From: a virus
Lineage: Duplodnaviria; Caudoviricetes
Strand: one strand, 5' to 3'
Virus record (IMG/VR): IMGVR_UViG_3300017791_000194
Location: 10,083 to 74,082 of that record
DNA: 64,000 nucleotides
In this document: piece by piece, positions 62,253-64,000 of the stretch
Layout: each line of letters starts with the position of its first letter
Position numbering within the stretch: the stretch's first letter is position 1
The notes under the pieces: model-generated
Told to the model about the DNA's origin: nothing
Database searches by the model: none
What the model saw: the letters and a program-made list of their open reading frames with translations, nothing else
Position numbers and translations under genes: made by a program

Positions 62253-62588
62253 GCCCGCCCTCCGGTGACGTATGGTGATGGCCGCCGCCTGCGGGGTTCC
62301 TCCACGGGACCCGAACTGGACCCACGGGCGCGAGGTCGCGATTGGAACCGCGGGTCGTGCTACAGGACTGGGGCTGGAGCCCGTGGCCCAAGGGCGGCTC
62401 AACTTGAACGAAAAGGACGAGGCGACAGCAATGCGACTGTCGCCCCGTCCATTCGGGGTTGCCCGGCCGTCGTGCCCGCATCAACAGATGGCGGTTTGGT
62501 TTACCGAGCCTCCCATATTCAGTTGTGGCGCGAGTCTAGCTGACGCGAAGTTGCGCTACTAGCCCTTCAAATGCAACGACGGTGCTGT

Positions 62589-62750
62589 TCAACGCGATGA
62601 GCCCACGATGCCCACGATTGGTGCAAGGAAGAGCAGTCCGAAACCCAGCACGACCAGCCCAGCGGTGATGCCATACGTGACCCAGGCCGCGACAACAAGG
62701 CAGGCAAGCCCGGTGGCGGCGATGACGAGCGGGATCGTCTGCCAGTTCAT
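62589..62750 (-). CDS. small two-TM protein
   Basis: ATGA overlap; hydrophobic. Confidence 0.6.
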   Translation of the reverse strand: MNWQTIPLVIAATGLACLVVAAWVTYGITAGLVVLGFGLLFLAPIVGIVGSSR

Positions 62751-62926
62751 CGCTCGCGGTTCGTTCGCTCTCGTGTCACTGCTGCATCGTGGACGACCAT
62801 CGCAGTGATGACGAGGGCCGCTCCGGTAGCGGTGAGTCCCGCCGGTATGCCGAACTGCAAGAAGGCAGCGGCGATGCCGCACGTGAAGCCGACCACCGCT
62901 ATGACAATGGCGAACTCACGAGTCAC
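62747..62926 (-). CDS. small two-TM protein (59 aa, not in the ORF track)
   Basis: VTREFAIVIAVVGFTCGIAAAFLQFG...; GTGA and ATGA overlaps. Confidence 0.55.
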   Translation of the reverse strand: MTREFAIVIAVVGFTCGIAAAFLQFGIPAGLTATGAALVITAMVVHDAAVTRERTNRER

Positions 62927-63216
62927 TCCGCGGCTTCCAGGCTCTCGCCGTTGACATCGACCCAGGACTCGGTCTTGAAGTCGTAGCGCCAGTCGAGCTG
63001 GACCGAGTCGGTGTCACGCCAGGACATCTGGCCAGAGACATTGACGCACAGTAGTGCGGTACCGCCGATGGCGAGCACGATGATCGGCTCTTCGGCTGGC
63101 ACAGCCATGGCCTTGAGCGCTGGGTTGAAAATGGCGATGGCGTCGGTCATGCCGCGACTCCTTTCCCCCGTCTCGACGTCGACCGGTCCGAACGGCGTAT
63201 CGACCGTCGTTGCCAT
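62923..63216 (-). CDS. hypothetical protein
   Basis: gagggaggg SD. Confidence 0.7.
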   Translation of the reverse strand: MATTVDTPFGPVDVETGERSRGMTDAIAIFNPALKAMAVPAEEPIIVLAIGGTALLCVNVSGQMSWRDTDSVQLDWRYDFKTESWVDVNGESLEAAE

Positions 63217-63620
63217 ACCCCTCCCTCGCCTGCCTCGAAGATCGGGTTCCCTGGCTCCAATCGATGCCCAGAATGTGAACAGAACCCTCTGCCCGAAGCT
63301 AGCACGAAGAGGCGGCCGTGTTCAGGTACCTCGGGGCAGGGCGGACCGTTGCCCGCGTCTGGGTACCTCATGGATGAATGAGCCACGCTGCTGCTACAAC
63401 CAGCGCCAGTGCGGCCAGGGCCAGGCCGAGCACGAGGATGCCAATCGTGAACATGAAGCAGCCGATGTTGCGAAACCAAAGCGTCATCGCGGGCCCAGGA
63501 TCACCTTGACGATCCGACGGCCAAGGAGGTGGCCCGCCAGATACCAGGGCAATGCTGACAGGAACAGCATCAGGATCAGCTGGAGACGCTCCGGCATCAG
63601 CGGGGCGGCGTATTCCCACA

Positions 63621-63854
63621 TCACTCTTCCTTCGTGAGGTCGCGGATGAACGTCACCCCGAACGCGAGCACCAACAGACCCGCCCAGATTGCGAACGTGC
63701 CCATAGTTTGATCTTGCGACACCGTGATCTCTGGCCATGGGACCCCGAAGACCAAATGGATGCCATACGCCAGTAGACCAAACGGGAGAGCGATGACAAC
63801 AACCACGACCGGCCCCAGGACGAGCGCCCACAGGATGTGCTCCGCGGTTCTCAC
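63621..63854 (-). CDS. two-TM membrane protein
   Basis: Hydrophobic helices in an overlapping run of small membrane ORFs. Confidence 0.55.
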   Translation of the reverse strand: MRTAEHILWALVLGPVVVVVIALPFGLLAYGIHLVFGVPWPEITVSQDQTMGTFAIWAGLLVLAFGVTFIRDLTKEE

Positions 63855-64000
63855 TCAGGCTCCCATTCGGCGAGGCCATCGGCTTGCAGCACGCCGACGG
63901 CGCCGCGCGCCTTGTCTGGGGTGGTGTTGCCGATGAAGGCGAGAGCATGCAGGGTCGGTCTGACCTCGGCGACCTCCAGAATGGCCAGGCGCACCAGCCA

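Noticed and set aside
62260-62560. preQ1 riboswitch upstream of queD
   Set aside because: No recognisable class I-III motif

Overview
The window holds most of a high-GC tailed dsDNA (pro)phage with siphovirus-like organisation. Positions 1-21.5 kb are a + strand early/middle arm: AAA ATPase, RadC-like JAB protein, RecB/Cas4-like exonuclease with an ERF annealase, an HTH replication protein with a palindrome, HNHs, RusA and three tRNAs. Positions 21.5-64 kb are a - strand late arm: lysis, tail, a tape measure protein with an embedded HNH, HK97-type head genes, a glycosylation cluster, a 1566-aa repeat protein, portal, terminase, ParB-like and QueD. No integrase is visible. The main finding is an RNA-guided system. 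A stand-alone RAMP/Cas7-like gene (9091-9732) occurs with 14 dispersed arrays of 5-nt GGY-NN units, all at gene junctions. Most arrays end in a 3' hairpin, and those not co-oriented with their operon have a TAnnnT -10-like hexamer just upstream. This matches my recollection of VIPR-type systems (name from memory, to be verified). Reading only the NN dinucleotides as codon positions 1-2, with the wobble base skipped, four arrays clearly (and two more tentatively) spell a diverged version of a neighbouring phage gene. In two cases the phage's own gene differs from the guide by a Ser TCN-to-AGT switch. One array sits inside the junction it describes, with exact 30-nt empty-site spacing. This suggests locus-matched guides against related competitor phages, with self-avoidance. 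All decoding was done by eye and needs computational confirmation.
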